Below, in pieces: positions 21,457-30,843 of a DNA stretch of 64,000 bases. This stretch comes from an uncultured delta proteobacterium. Its GTDB lineage: Bacteria; Desulfobacterota; Binatia; Bin18. The notes under the pieces are model-generated. The model was given only the letters and a program-made list of their open reading frames with translations. It had not been told where the DNA came from and made no database searches. The position numbers and the translations under genes were made by a program. Location: contig CAVTCR010000062.1 in assembly GCA_963733195.1 (NCBI GenBank), forward strand, positions 128,001-192,000. Reading direction: 5' to 3'. Each line of letters opens with the position of its first letter. The stretch's first letter is position 1.

Positions 21457-22485
21457 ATGAAAGTCGACACCGCATTCTTCCCTACGACATTTGACGCAGC
21501 GGCACAGCTTGCTCGTCGGGTAGAAGACACCGGTTTTGATGGATTATGGAGTGCGGAGACCAGCCATGATCCCTTCTTCCCGCTTGTCGTTGCGGCACGC
21601 GAAACACAACGCGTTAGTCTTGGGACTGGAGTTGCTATCGTGTTTCCACGCAGCCCAATGGTGTTGGCAAATATCTGCTGGGATCTGCAAGCAAACTCAA
21701 AAGGTCGCTTTATTCTTGGTCTGGGTACGCAAGTCAAAGGTCACAACGAACGTCGCTTCAGTGTGAAATGGGTATCGCCGGTAAAGCGGTTGCGAGAAGT
21801 GATTTTGTCACTGCGCGCGATCTGGGATTCTTGGCAGAATAATACGAAACTGAAATTCATCGGTGATTTCTATCAGTTCACATTGATGACGCCGTTTTTC
21901 AATCCTGGCCCGATCGAGCATCCCAAGATTCCGATTTACATCTCAGGTCTCAATCCGCAGATTACCCAACTCGCTGGTGAGCTGTGTGAAGGGTTTTACA
22001 TTCACGGGTTTCACTCAGCAAAGTATATCCAGGAGACTGTACTACCTAATCTGCAAAAAGGCTTGGCCAAAGCGGGACGGAAACGAGAAGAACTGTCGCT
22101 TATTACTGGAACGTTCATCGCCAGTGGCGCAACGCGAGACGAAGTAGAGAAAGCCAAACATCCAGTGAAGCAGCAGATTTCGTTCTATGCCTCGACGCGT
22201 ACATACAAAGGCGTGCTCGATGCGCATGGTTGGGGCGACACGTGTTATCGTCTCAACGAGAAAGCTGCCAAAGGACAATGGGCTGAGATGGCCGCAGAAA
22301 TTAAAGATGACATGTTAGAAGAACTCGCGATCGTCGGCACCTATGACGAAATCGCTAAGAAACTCGCTACTCGCTACAAAGGTGTACTCGACCGTGTCGT
22401 GGTCGGACTGGGTTCACCCGAACGACAAGATGCCGGACGATCGCGCGAATTTGTGCAGGAGATTCGCCGTTACATGGGAACGTAA
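21457..22485 (+). CDS. LLM class, probable F420-dependent oxidoreductase (TIGR03617-like)
   Basis: ETSHDPF, FPRSPM, LGLGTQVKGHNERRF, LMTPFF, FYAST. Confidence 0.9.
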   Translation: MKVDTAFFPTTFDAAAQLARRVEDTGFDGLWSAETSHDPFFPLVVAARETQRVSLGTGVAIVFPRSPMVLANICWDLQANSKGRFILGLGTQVKGHNERRFSVKWVSPVKRLREVILSLRAIWDSWQNNTKLKFIGDFYQFTLMTPFFNPGPIEHPKIPIYISGLNPQITQLAGELCEGFYIHGFHSAKYIQETVLPNLQKGLAKAGRKREELSLITGTFIASGATRDEVEKAKHPVKQQISFYASTRTYKGVLDAHGWGDTCYRLNEKAAKGQWAEMAAEIKDDMLEELAIVGTYDEIAKKLATRYKGVLDRVVVGLGSPERQDAGRSREFVQEIRRYMGT

Positions 22486-22580
22486 ACGCAGAACGATGAA
22501 CGCGGAATGATGAACGGCCAATAGGGGGAAGTACAAGCTCGCCTTTTCATTCATCGTTCAGCATTCATCATTCATCGTTC
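22485..22580. repeat. Inverted heptamer array
   Basis: aacgcag-aacgatg-aacgcgg-aatgatg-aacg versus cattcat-cgttcag-cattcat-cattcat-cgttc. Confidence 0.9.
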
Positions 22581-22616
22581 TCTATCTCATGATTTACAAA
22601 TAAGGAGGAGCCGGGA

Positions 22617-23846
22617 ATGGGAGCGTTGACCGATAAGTATTGCATCGTCGGGGTTGGAGAAACGCCGCACATGCGACCATCAAATCGCACGACGTTATCA
22701 ATGGCGTGTGAGGCAGTAAAAAAAGCAATGGCCGATGCTGGTTTGGAACCGCGGGATATTGACGGCATGACCAGTTATCAAGCTGGAGATTCGACCAGTT
22801 CCAACCACGTCGCCACTTCACTCGGTATTCGCCTGAATTATTCACTCGACATTTTTGGCGGCGGGTCGAGCACAGAAGCACTAGTCGGCCATGCCATAGG
22901 GCTATTAGAAGCAGGTTACTGCAAAACGATTGTGATCTTCCGTTCGATGAACGGTCGTTCTGGTCGCCGCATGGGCGGTCAAGCACCAAGTGGTCCTGTG
23001 CCACCGACTCAAGCTAGCGGCGATCAACAGTTCTACATGCATTGGGGATGGACGACACCTGCGCAGTGGTTTGGCATGTCAGCGATGCGCTATTTTCGTG
23101 ACACTGGCGCAACGACAAAAACGCTGGCAGAGGTTGCTGTTGCTCATCGATACCACGCCAGTCTCAATCCGAAAGCGATTATGCGGGCGCCGATCACGAT
23201 TGAGGATCACCAACGATCACGTTGGGTGTCCAAACCGTTTCGCCTGCTCGATTGTTGCTTGGAAACCGACGTGTCCGCTGCAATGATAATCACTTCTCGT
23301 GAACGAGCCTATGATCTCCGTCAACCGCCGGTCTTCATCATGGGTGGCACCGCTCGCACGATGGCTCCGAGCCCAGCATGGAACTATTCACGTCCAGAGA
23401 TTCACTATGTCGCTGGCAATTATGGCCGTAACCGTTTGTTTGGCATGGCAGGGATCAGCCAGAAAGATGTGAATCTCATTTCTTGTTACGATGCGTTTAC
23501 CTTTACTACCATCATCCAACTCGAAGCTTACGGTTTTTGTGGCAAGGGTGAGGCAAAGGACTTTGTCCAAGGGGGGCGATTGCAGATCGATCACGAGCTA
23601 CCCTCGAACCTTTCCGGTGGGCATCTCTCAGAGGGTTACACTCACGGAATCAGCATGGTGATTGAGAACGTGCGCCAGTTGCGACATCGAGTCGATGACG
23701 CCTGTTCGCGGGCGGCAGAGGGGAAACATACCTACGATCGGAAAGCAGGCTGTCGCCAAGTGAAGAACGCGCGCATCGCGGCGTGTTTAGGTTGGGGAAC
23801 TGAGGCCACCTCTAGTTCGGTCATTTTACGAGGGATTTCGGCGTAG
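22617..23846 (+). CDS. SCP2/Ltp2-like thiolase-fold protein
   Basis: IVGVGET, LLDCCLETD, YDAFT, GGHLSEGYTHG; GGGSS where thiolases carry the nucleophilic Cys. Confidence 0.9.
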   Translation: MGALTDKYCIVGVGETPHMRPSNRTTLSMACEAVKKAMADAGLEPRDIDGMTSYQAGDSTSSNHVATSLGIRLNYSLDIFGGGSSTEALVGHAIGLLEAGYCKTIVIFRSMNGRSGRRMGGQAPSGPVPPTQASGDQQFYMHWGWTTPAQWFGMSAMRYFRDTGATTKTLAEVAVAHRYHASLNPKAIMRAPITIEDHQRSRWVSKPFRLLDCCLETDVSAAMIITSRERAYDLRQPPVFIMGGTARTMAPSPAWNYSRPEIHYVAGNYGRNRLFGMAGISQKDVNLISCYDAFTFTTIIQLEAYGFCGKGEAKDFVQGGRLQIDHELPSNLSGGHLSEGYTHGISMVIENVRQLRHRVDDACSRAAEGKHTYDRKAGCRQVKNARIAACLGWGTEATSSSVILRGISA

Positions 23847-23869
23847 ACTGTATCAGCCTGCCTCAGCTG

Positions 23870-23922
23870 TTACGCGCCACGAAACACGAGTATACGTAAG
23901 CGTGATGCGTGTTACGTGATCT
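23870..23922. repeat. Heptamer array related to 20103-20155
   Basis: Shares the exact 18-mer atgcgtgttacgtgatct. Confidence 0.7.
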
Positions 23923-23957
23923 TCCGAGTCGATTGGCATATACAGAAAGGATTTACC

Positions 23958-24428
23958 ATGCCCGGGCCAATTGATTACAGCAAAATTGTTATCGTACCGG
24001 ATTTTGATACCGCTGAATGGTGGATGGGCACCAAGCAACACAAATACCTCGTTCGCCAATGCAAAACCTGTAGTCACAAATGGTTCCCGCCATTTCCGGC
24101 GTGTAATAAGTGCACCTCTATGGATCTGACCTGGTTCGAAACCTCTGGCAAAGGGGTTCTCCACAGCTACGTTGTGGTTACACAACCAATCCTCAGCGCT
24201 TTCATTGAGGCAGTACCCTATGTTGTTGGCCTGATTGAGTTGGACGATTGTCGTGAAGCTGACGGATCGCTTGTTCGCATCGCCGGCGTGCTCATGAACG
24301 ATGAAGAAGATGTCGCTATCGGTCTTCCGGTCGCGGTCGAATTCGAAGCAACTAAAGACCCCAACGTTGTGATTCCGCGGTGGAAAGTGAACGGGACTGC
24401 AGAAAACACTTGGAAGTTTACAGAGTAG
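23958..24428 (+). CDS. DUF35 zinc-ribbon/OB-fold protein
   Basis: CKTC..FPP..CNKC, SGKG, PYVVGLIEL, IGLPV. Confidence 0.93.
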   Translation: MPGPIDYSKIVIVPDFDTAEWWMGTKQHKYLVRQCKTCSHKWFPPFPACNKCTSMDLTWFETSGKGVLHSYVVVTQPILSAFIEAVPYVVGLIELDDCREADGSLVRIAGVLMNDEEDVAIGLPVAVEFEATKDPNVVIPRWKVNGTAENTWKFTE

Positions 24429-24458
24429 TCTCTTCATAACAGTCCTTTTCCCTCTCTT

Positions 24459-24500
24459 CGTGGCAGGAATCCTGTTCGGTCCGTATGCTTTCCTGCCACG
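24459..24500 (+). terminator. Stem-loop after the catabolic operon
   Basis: cgtggcaggaa / ttcctgccacg perfect 11-bp stem; no U-tract. Confidence 0.4.
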
Positions 24501-24560
24501 CTCGTATTAGCTCGATCAGCCGGCAAAATCTGCCAAATACCAGTCCTGGTTACACTTTTC

Positions 24561-24587
24561 TAAAGTATTGGTCCCTCTAGCCGATGA
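24561..24587 (+). promoter_or_regulatory. Sigma-28 (FliA) promoter
   Basis: TAAAGTAT-N11-GCCGATGA versus consensus TAAAGTTT-N11-GCCGATAA. Confidence 0.75.
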
Positions 24588-24802
24588 GAAAAACGAGCGA
24601 GAAAATAAGATGTCGGCAGAACGCAGGTATAAACAACAACAGGGTGAGCACTAACCATTAACGAGAATAAGAACCCCGTGGCTATCCTTCTCCCTCCACA
24701 GGAAACGTCTGCGCTCGGTCCGTCTCCTCACGAGAACGACCTTCACGCTCTCACCGACCGGCAGTACCGCACTCGGCTCGCCCCTTTAGGAAGGATACTT
24801 CG

Positions 24803-26482
24803 ATGACCGACACCCTCACTCACCACCGTCCCCCCCTCATCCTTGTGGTCGACGATGGTATGACTATCCGCTTACTCGTTCGTGAGGCACTCGAACAAGC
24901 AGGTTTTCTTGTCGAAGAGGCAGAAGACGGACGGCAAGCATTAACGATGTTTCAGCATCTCACACCAGACCTTGTACTACTGGATGTAATGATGCCTGAA
25001 CTCGATGGCTTCCAAACCTGTACAGCGCTCCGACAGCTACCTACCGGGGAACACATTCCGATCGTCATGCTTACGGGCTTGGAAGACGAAGGATCTATCC
25101 ATCGGGCGTATGAAGTCGGGGCTACCGACTTCATCACCAAGCCAATTAACTGGGTCTTGCTCGGGCACCGAGTTCGGTACCTGCTCCGCGCGAGTCGAGC
25201 ATTTGACGAACTTCGTCAGAATGAAGAAGCCCTTCGTCAAGAAGTAAAAATCTCAACCACACTCGCACAAGTTGGTCGGGATCTCACCTCCTCACTTGCG
25301 ACTCCGGTCATTTTGGAGCGCCTCTGTCAACTAACAGCTTCGGTTCTTGGCTGTGAGAGTAGCCATGCATTACTATGGAACCCTGAACAAGATGCCTACA
25401 CGCCTGTTGCGAGTTGGGGCTACTCTTCGCCGCAGTGGTCCACTCTTCGGAATTTTTCTGCTCCCCGTTCGACCTTGCTTCCCTTTTTCCGTAGTTTGGC
25501 GCGCGAGGAAGTGATCGTACTCGGCGGCCCTCAATCTCAGCCAAAGATACCAGACTCCCTCCTAGCTCCTTTTGGCTTCCGTTCAGCCTTATGTTTTGTC
25601 CTTCGCAGAGGGAATGAGGTCATCGGCGTCCAAACTGTAGGATCACACGGGAATACGCCTTATTTCACACCACAACAACATCGCCTCGCGCTCGGTATCG
25701 CACAGTTTGCTGCACTCGCCTTGGAAAACGCGCGACTGCTGGAACAAGCTGAGAGTGCAAACCGTTTGAAGTCTGATTTTCTCGCAACGGTCTCTCACGA
25801 GCTGCGAACCCCACTACAGATTATTCTGGGTTACAAAGATCTCTTGTTGGAGCAGACGTTCGGCCCTCTCACGACCGAACAAATTGAGACCCTCCGGCGG
25901 TTAGAGCGGAGTGCACAGGGGCTCTTAGAACTCATTAACAACACGCTCCAAGTTGGGCGACTGGAAGCCGGACAGTTACCTGTCGATGTCAAAGATGTTG
26001 AAGTTGTTCCGCTTCTTACTGAGCTACAGAACGAGATGTGGGACTTGTTCCAACAGAGTGGATTGCAGCTTGAGTGTCATGCGGATGCAGCACTCCCATT
26101 AGTAAGTACCGACCCCAACAAACTGAAGGTCGTGATCAAAAACCTGATCGGCAACGCGATCAAGTTTACAGAGAAAGGCAAGATTCTCGTGGCCGTACAA
26201 GCCAGAGGTGAAGGACTTGAAATTGCGGTTTCCGACACTGGGACCGGAATTTCCCCAGAAGATCTTGCGGTAATTTTTGAAGCGTTCCGGCAAGGAGAAC
26301 AAAAAGTGCTCACTCGCAGACACGGAGGGGTCGGTCTTGGCCTCTATATAGTCAAGCGAATGTTAGAGCTGCTAGGTGGGCAGGTCTCCGTAGAAAGTGT
26401 CCTTGGACAGGGTTCAACGTTCCGTATTTGGCTGCCGCTGCAACGACCACCGTTGCCCATGTCGGTTCCAGCGGCAGCGTGA
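24803..26482 (+). CDS. Hybrid REC-GAF-HisKA-HATPase sensor kinase
   Basis: LVVDD, LLDVMMP, KP; SHELRTP; NLIGNAIKF, DTGTG, GVGLGL. Confidence 0.95.
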   Translation: MTDTLTHHRPPLILVVDDGMTIRLLVREALEQAGFLVEEAEDGRQALTMFQHLTPDLVLLDVMMPELDGFQTCTALRQLPTGEHIPIVMLTGLEDEGSIHRAYEVGATDFITKPINWVLLGHRVRYLLRASRAFDELRQNEEALRQEVKISTTLAQVGRDLTSSLATPVILERLCQLTASVLGCESSHALLWNPEQDAYTPVASWGYSSPQWSTLRNFSAPRSTLLPFFRSLAREEVIVLGGPQSQPKIPDSLLAPFGFRSALCFVLRRGNEVIGVQTVGSHGNTPYFTPQQHRLALGIAQFAALALENARLLEQAESANRLKSDFLATVSHELRTPLQIILGYKDLLLEQTFGPLTTEQIETLRRLERSAQGLLELINNTLQVGRLEAGQLPVDVKDVEVVPLLTELQNEMWDLFQQSGLQLECHADAALPLVSTDPNKLKVVIKNLIGNAIKFTEKGKILVAVQARGEGLEIAVSDTGTGISPEDLAVIFEAFRQGEQKVLTRRHGGVGLGLYIVKRMLELLGGQVSVESVLGQGSTFRIWLPLQRPPLPMSVPAAA

Positions 26483-26654
26483 GTTCTGTTTTCTGTAACT
26501 CATAGCTCGACAATCTAATGATCTTCGCACGGCGATAAAGTCACCGTGGACAATAATAGCATCCAGTAAACGGAACTTCGAAGCTGGATTTCATCCGGCG
26601 CGGCCCTGTAATGCGGGCACTTCATGCCTGCGCAAAGGCTGTGAGGTTTTACGC

Positions 26655-26794
26655 TTACTTCACTTCGGAAGTACAATGCCCACAACGCGTTGCTTTAATC
26701 GGAATGGTCGATAAGCAATAAGGACAATCTTTCGTGGTCGGAGGGCCAGGCGAACGTTTCCTTGTACTGCGAATTTTTTAAACTCCTCCCACAT
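26655..26794 (-). pseudogene. mscL: mscL remnant with the transmembrane core deleted
   Basis: [14 protein letters not shown] joined out of frame to [29 protein letters not shown]. Confidence 0.85.
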
Positions 26795-26884
26795 AATGCC
26801 CCATCTTACCTAAGAGAGTTTTCTTCTCATAGAAGCATTTCGGGCAGGAGGTCAATACTAAGGAACGTGGAAGTTTCTTTCTTT

Positions 26885-28069
26885 TCAGGATTTCTCCCCA
26901 CTCCCGCTCTCGCAGTTTGTGACTGTTGGCAACACAACAGACATGCAAGTTCCAACACCAGGAGTGCTGTCGACTTCGACTCGACCACCATGCGCCTCGA
27001 CTAAGACTTTGACAATGAAGAGCCCCAAGCCAGATCCTTCTCGTTTACGATCTCTCTTGGCTGTGCGGTATTTTTCGAACACGACGGCAATCTCCTCTGC
27101 TGTCATCCCCGGTCCAGTATCAGCCACCGATAGCACTATTTCGTCTCTCTGTCGTACGAAAGCACTAATAGAGACTTTTCCTCTTTCCGGAGTAAACTTC
27201 AGTGCATTATGGAGCAGGTTGGTAATTACCCGTTCCAGTGCCATCGTATCACCTCGCACCAAGGGCAACTCGTCGGGAAGAGAGAACTCAAGCGCGACTT
27301 GCAGGCGCTGTGCCTCTCGCTCGTATTGTTTTCCGACTCGACAGAGAACCTCACGCAGAGCGACAGCTCCTTTCGCTAAGACGACAGGGCGAGCCTCAAT
27401 TTTTGCTAGATCGAGATAGTTCATGACCAAGGTTGAGAGCGAAAAGGCACCACTGCGTAAACTGAGGAGCATATCAGTCTCCTCATGCGAAGAAGCGCGG
27501 GATTTGGCTTCACTTAATAGGAGGTCTGCGTACCCGAGAACAACACTTAGGGGGCTGCGAATATCGTGAGCTAGCATCTCTAAAAAGTCCGCCCGCTGAC
27601 GTTCGACATTCTTCTTCTGAGCAATATCTCGTAAGACAACCTGGATTCGCTGTGACCACCCATCACTCCCAAGTGCCCCAATATGCACCTCAACAGGAAC
27701 ACGAAAGCTGTCCTTGCGAACGACTTCTGTTTCCCAAGTAACATTCGTCTCAGTCAACACACTTTGTTGCAATTGCTGCAGTGCTAAGGGTGCGGTCACC
27801 GGCGAGAAAATTTCCGTGTACGAATGTGTGACGATTTCATGAGGCGCGTAGCCTAACAGTGCTTCAGCACGACGATTGACATGCGAGATTATTCCATCCC
27901 TATCACAGACAAGCATGGCTTCCACGGCGTTCTCAAAAAGCTGACGGTAAAAATCGACAGACGCTGGGCTCTGAGAAAGAAAATCTGGTCCACCCATGAC
28001 TCCTTGCGTTTTCTCACTCTTTTGTTTGCTCGTTGCATCTGTCGGATAATCCGGTTCTCGCTTCTTCAC
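26885..28069 (-). CDS. PAS-domain sensor histidine kinase
   Basis: LFENA..VNRRAE..GY PAS; AHDIRSP; NLLHNALKF; GSGLGL. Confidence 0.95.
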   Translation of the reverse strand: MKKREPDYPTDATSKQKSEKTQGVMGGPDFLSQSPASVDFYRQLFENAVEAMLVCDRDGIISHVNRRAEALLGYAPHEIVTHSYTEIFSPVTAPLALQQLQQSVLTETNVTWETEVVRKDSFRVPVEVHIGALGSDGWSQRIQVVLRDIAQKKNVERQRADFLEMLAHDIRSPLSVVLGYADLLLSEAKSRASSHEETDMLLSLRSGAFSLSTLVMNYLDLAKIEARPVVLAKGAVALREVLCRVGKQYEREAQRLQVALEFSLPDELPLVRGDTMALERVITNLLHNALKFTPERGKVSISAFVRQRDEIVLSVADTGPGMTAEEIAVVFEKYRTAKRDRKREGSGLGLFIVKVLVEAHGGRVEVDSTPGVGTCMSVVLPTVTNCESGSGEKS

Positions 28070-28133
28070 CTTGTTGACCTCCCCGTCAGAAAAGGTTTAT
28101 GTGGGCCGCACACGTCTACGAAGGAGGCGCAGC

Positions 28134-28904
28134 ATGTCGGAGATTCTTTGCACGGTAAAAGACGGGATTGCCACAATCACGATGAATCGACCAGAGAAAC
28201 GCAACGCACTTAATACCGCACTTATTGACGGCTTTCGCTCTATGTTTCAACAATTGGAAACCAACGCTGATGTTCGTGTGGTCATCATTCGCGGCGAAGG
28301 AAAAGCCTTCTGCTCTGGCATCGACTTGCGCGAGCTCAGTTCGCGGCAACAAGCTGAAGCAGACCCGGAAACTGGCGTCGTACAAATCTTTCAACAGATC
28401 GAACGCTCGCGTCATCCTACTATTGCCATGGTCCAAGGTGATGCTCTCGCCGGTGGCTGCGAACTGGCACTGCATTGCGATCTGCGCGTCGTTGCGGACG
28501 TCGCCCGTTTCGGCATGCCACTGGCGCGCTTGGGATTGGTCGTTCCCTTCCCTCTTGGTCAAAAACTGGTGGAAATCGTCGGCCCAGCTTTTACCAAACA
28601 GATCTTGCTCACCGGGCAACCTATTGACGCCAAACGCGCGTATGAAATCGGGATGATTCATCACCTTGTCTCCCCAAGTGAACTTGAGAGTACCACCTAT
28701 GCACTCGCCCGCACGATCGCTGACAACGCTCCCCTCTCGCTCGCGGGAATGAAAGCCATGATTCTGCGATCGATCTCGCTCCGTGAAACTATCAATGCAC
28801 AGGACCTCCACGAGATGGTGAACCGTGCTCGCAAAAGTACCGACGCCAAAGAAGGAGTCTTGGCCATGCTTGAAAAACGCAAGCCTACTTTTCGTGGGCA
28901 CTGA
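28134..28904 (+). CDS. Enoyl-CoA hydratase/isomerase family
   Basis: MNRPEKRNAL, FCSGIDL, AGGCELALHCDLR; AGGAGG RBS. Confidence 0.93.
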   Translation: MSEILCTVKDGIATITMNRPEKRNALNTALIDGFRSMFQQLETNADVRVVIIRGEGKAFCSGIDLRELSSRQQAEADPETGVVQIFQQIERSRHPTIAMVQGDALAGGCELALHCDLRVVADVARFGMPLARLGLVVPFPLGQKLVEIVGPAFTKQILLTGQPIDAKRAYEIGMIHHLVSPSELESTTYALARTIADNAPLSLAGMKAMILRSISLRETINAQDLHEMVNRARKSTDAKEGVLAMLEKRKPTFRGH

Positions 28905-28906
28905 CT

Positions 28907-29407
28907 GTGCTTCCAAACCTGCGTACTACTCTGACCGCAGTTGCCATCTTGGGGGTACTCTTGGTGTACTTTCCGTTGCATTTGCTCCGCTTTGATGGTC
29001 AAGTTCACGGAGCGCTGAGACCCCTGCTGCCATATAGTGGGGTGGTGTTGTTTGTTACGGGGTTCGCTCTGAGCTTTTCTGGGACATACTATTTGATTCG
29101 CCGTGGAGGCGGTACTCCTCTGTTGTGTAGAGAAACGGATCGGCTGGTAGTTGCAGGCCCCTACTCTTATCTTCAACATCCAATCCTGCTGGGAATACTC
29201 GTGATACTGTTTGGTGAAGCGCTGTGGTTGCGCTCGCCAAGCGTGGGTATATACGCCGTTGTGTTGGCGATATTGAGTCACTGTTATGTGGTCTACATCG
29301 AGGAACCACAGTTGACACAGCGATTTGGTATAGATTATCGCTCCTACCGACGTGCCGTGCCTCGCTGGCTGCCGCAACTGACTGAGTCGAGAAAGGAAGG
29401 ACTGTAA
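28907..29407 (+). CDS. Isoprenylcysteine carboxyl/phospholipid methyltransferase family membrane protein
   Basis: GGGTP, LVVAGPY..HP, EEPQL..RFG..Y..Y..VPRWLP. Confidence 0.88.
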   Translation: MLPNLRTTLTAVAILGVLLVYFPLHLLRFDGQVHGALRPLLPYSGVVLFVTGFALSFSGTYYLIRRGGGTPLLCRETDRLVVAGPYSYLQHPILLGILVILFGEALWLRSPSVGIYAVVLAILSHCYVVYIEEPQLTQRFGIDYRSYRRAVPRWLPQLTESRKEGL

Positions 29408-29506
29408 GCAGACGGGTCGTGTATCACTTCTCCCGTCCTGCCATCTCTTGGTATCTATTCGCCAATGAAACGGAAGATGCTTTTCCGTCTGGAAGGAGGA
29501 TAAACA

Positions 29507-30394
29507 ATGCGTTTTGGTGTGCATCTGGTTGCTGCCGGGAAAATGATCGAAGGAGAAAGCATTGCTCGCGCCGCCCGACGTGCGGAGGAGCTTGGATACG
29601 ACTCGTTGTGGGTAAGTGATCATATTATCTTTCCGACACAATTACAGTCAGCGTATCCGTATTCTCCAGATGGCAAATTACCCCTTGACCCAAACAATCC
29701 CTTGCTCGAACCCTTCACCGTGCTCAGTTACGCTGCTGCGGTGACGAAAAAAATAAAACTGGGCACCAGCGTGATCATCGTTCCGTACCGTGACCCTCTC
29801 GTCACAGCAAAAATTGTTTCCTCCTTGGACGTTCTCTCTGGCGGACGATTCATCTTCGGTGTCGGGGTAGGCTGGTTGGAGGAAGAATTTCGTGCCTTGC
29901 GGCAAAACCTCCGTGACCGCGCGGCACAGACCCGCGAGGCGCTGTTGGCCATGAAAGCCTGTTGGACACAAGATTCCCCTGAGTTTCACGGCAAATTTTT
30001 TGATTTTTCCGAAATCAAATTCGCTCCCAAGCCGCGACAAAAACCCTACCCTCCAATTTGGTTTGGCGGGAACTCGCTCCCTGCTTTGAAGCGAGCAGTG
30101 GAGTGCGGAGATGGTTGGCACGCAGTATGGGAGACTCCAGAAGAGGTTACCGAGAAAGCCAAAATTCTTCGCGATCTGTGCACCAAGGCAGGAAAAAACT
30201 TTGCTGATTTTCCGCTCACCATTAACGTGAACAACCGTGTTCCTTACACCATAGAGAACGTAAAGAAATATGAAGCTGCTGGCATCAGTATGATGTTTAT
30301 TCCGCGTTCCTTTCAAGCGGATGTCGATACCTTGATTGAGAACATGGAAAAATTTGCCAAAGAAATAAAAGACCCCCTCGAAAAACAACGATAG
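29507..30394 (+). CDS. LLM class, probable F420-dependent oxidoreductase (Rv2161c-like)
   Basis: GYDSLWVSDH, SLDVLSGGR, GVGW..EEF, PKP.QKP, GDGW. Confidence 0.9.
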   Translation: MRFGVHLVAAGKMIEGESIARAARRAEELGYDSLWVSDHIIFPTQLQSAYPYSPDGKLPLDPNNPLLEPFTVLSYAAAVTKKIKLGTSVIIVPYRDPLVTAKIVSSLDVLSGGRFIFGVGVGWLEEEFRALRQNLRDRAAQTREALLAMKACWTQDSPEFHGKFFDFSEIKFAPKPRQKPYPPIWFGGNSLPALKRAVECGDGWHAVWETPEEVTEKAKILRDLCTKAGKNFADFPLTINVNNRVPYTIENVKKYEAAGISMMFIPRSFQADVDTLIENMEKFAKEIKDPLEKQR

Positions 30395-30527
30395 CTCCCA
30401 AGGAGGTAGCCTATCAGGGTTCTCTCCTGTAGAGAAATGCATATCTCTCCTGAGATGATCGGACCTGGGTTGAATCACTATTCGAGTAGAAGCGAGTAAG
30501 ATTTGGACAATTTATGCGCCAGAGAGA

Positions 30528-30565
30528 TTCACTTTCTGTTACGACTGAAGGGGACAGAAAGTGAA
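30528..30565. promoter_or_regulatory. Perfect 12-bp inverted repeat, possible operator or hairpin
   Basis: ttcactttctgt-N14-acagaaagtgaa. Confidence 0.4.
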
Positions 30566-30843
30566 ACCTCAAGGCTTGAGTATAGCATAGTTCTCTTGGA
30601 TATCAGGGCTCAATTTTCATAAGAAAATAAGACTCGAAGTTCTCTATCTTTTGGACAACACGCGAATAAGGCTCATTTTTTCTTAAGGAGACGTTGCCTC
30701 ACAGGACGCCGGTAGCAACTGCACGTGTTGAATATCTTTGACAGATTCATGAAGACACCTATCGGTGAAATGCGAAAATCCTGAGCAAAGAATTAGTAGT
30801 AGCGATTGTCCATCGCTATCTCGTGTACGAGAGAGGAAGAGAT

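Noticed and set aside
28116-30478. Long minus-strand ORFs 28116..28916, 28697..29641 and 29678..30478
   Set aside because: Antisense shadows of well-supported plus-strand genes.
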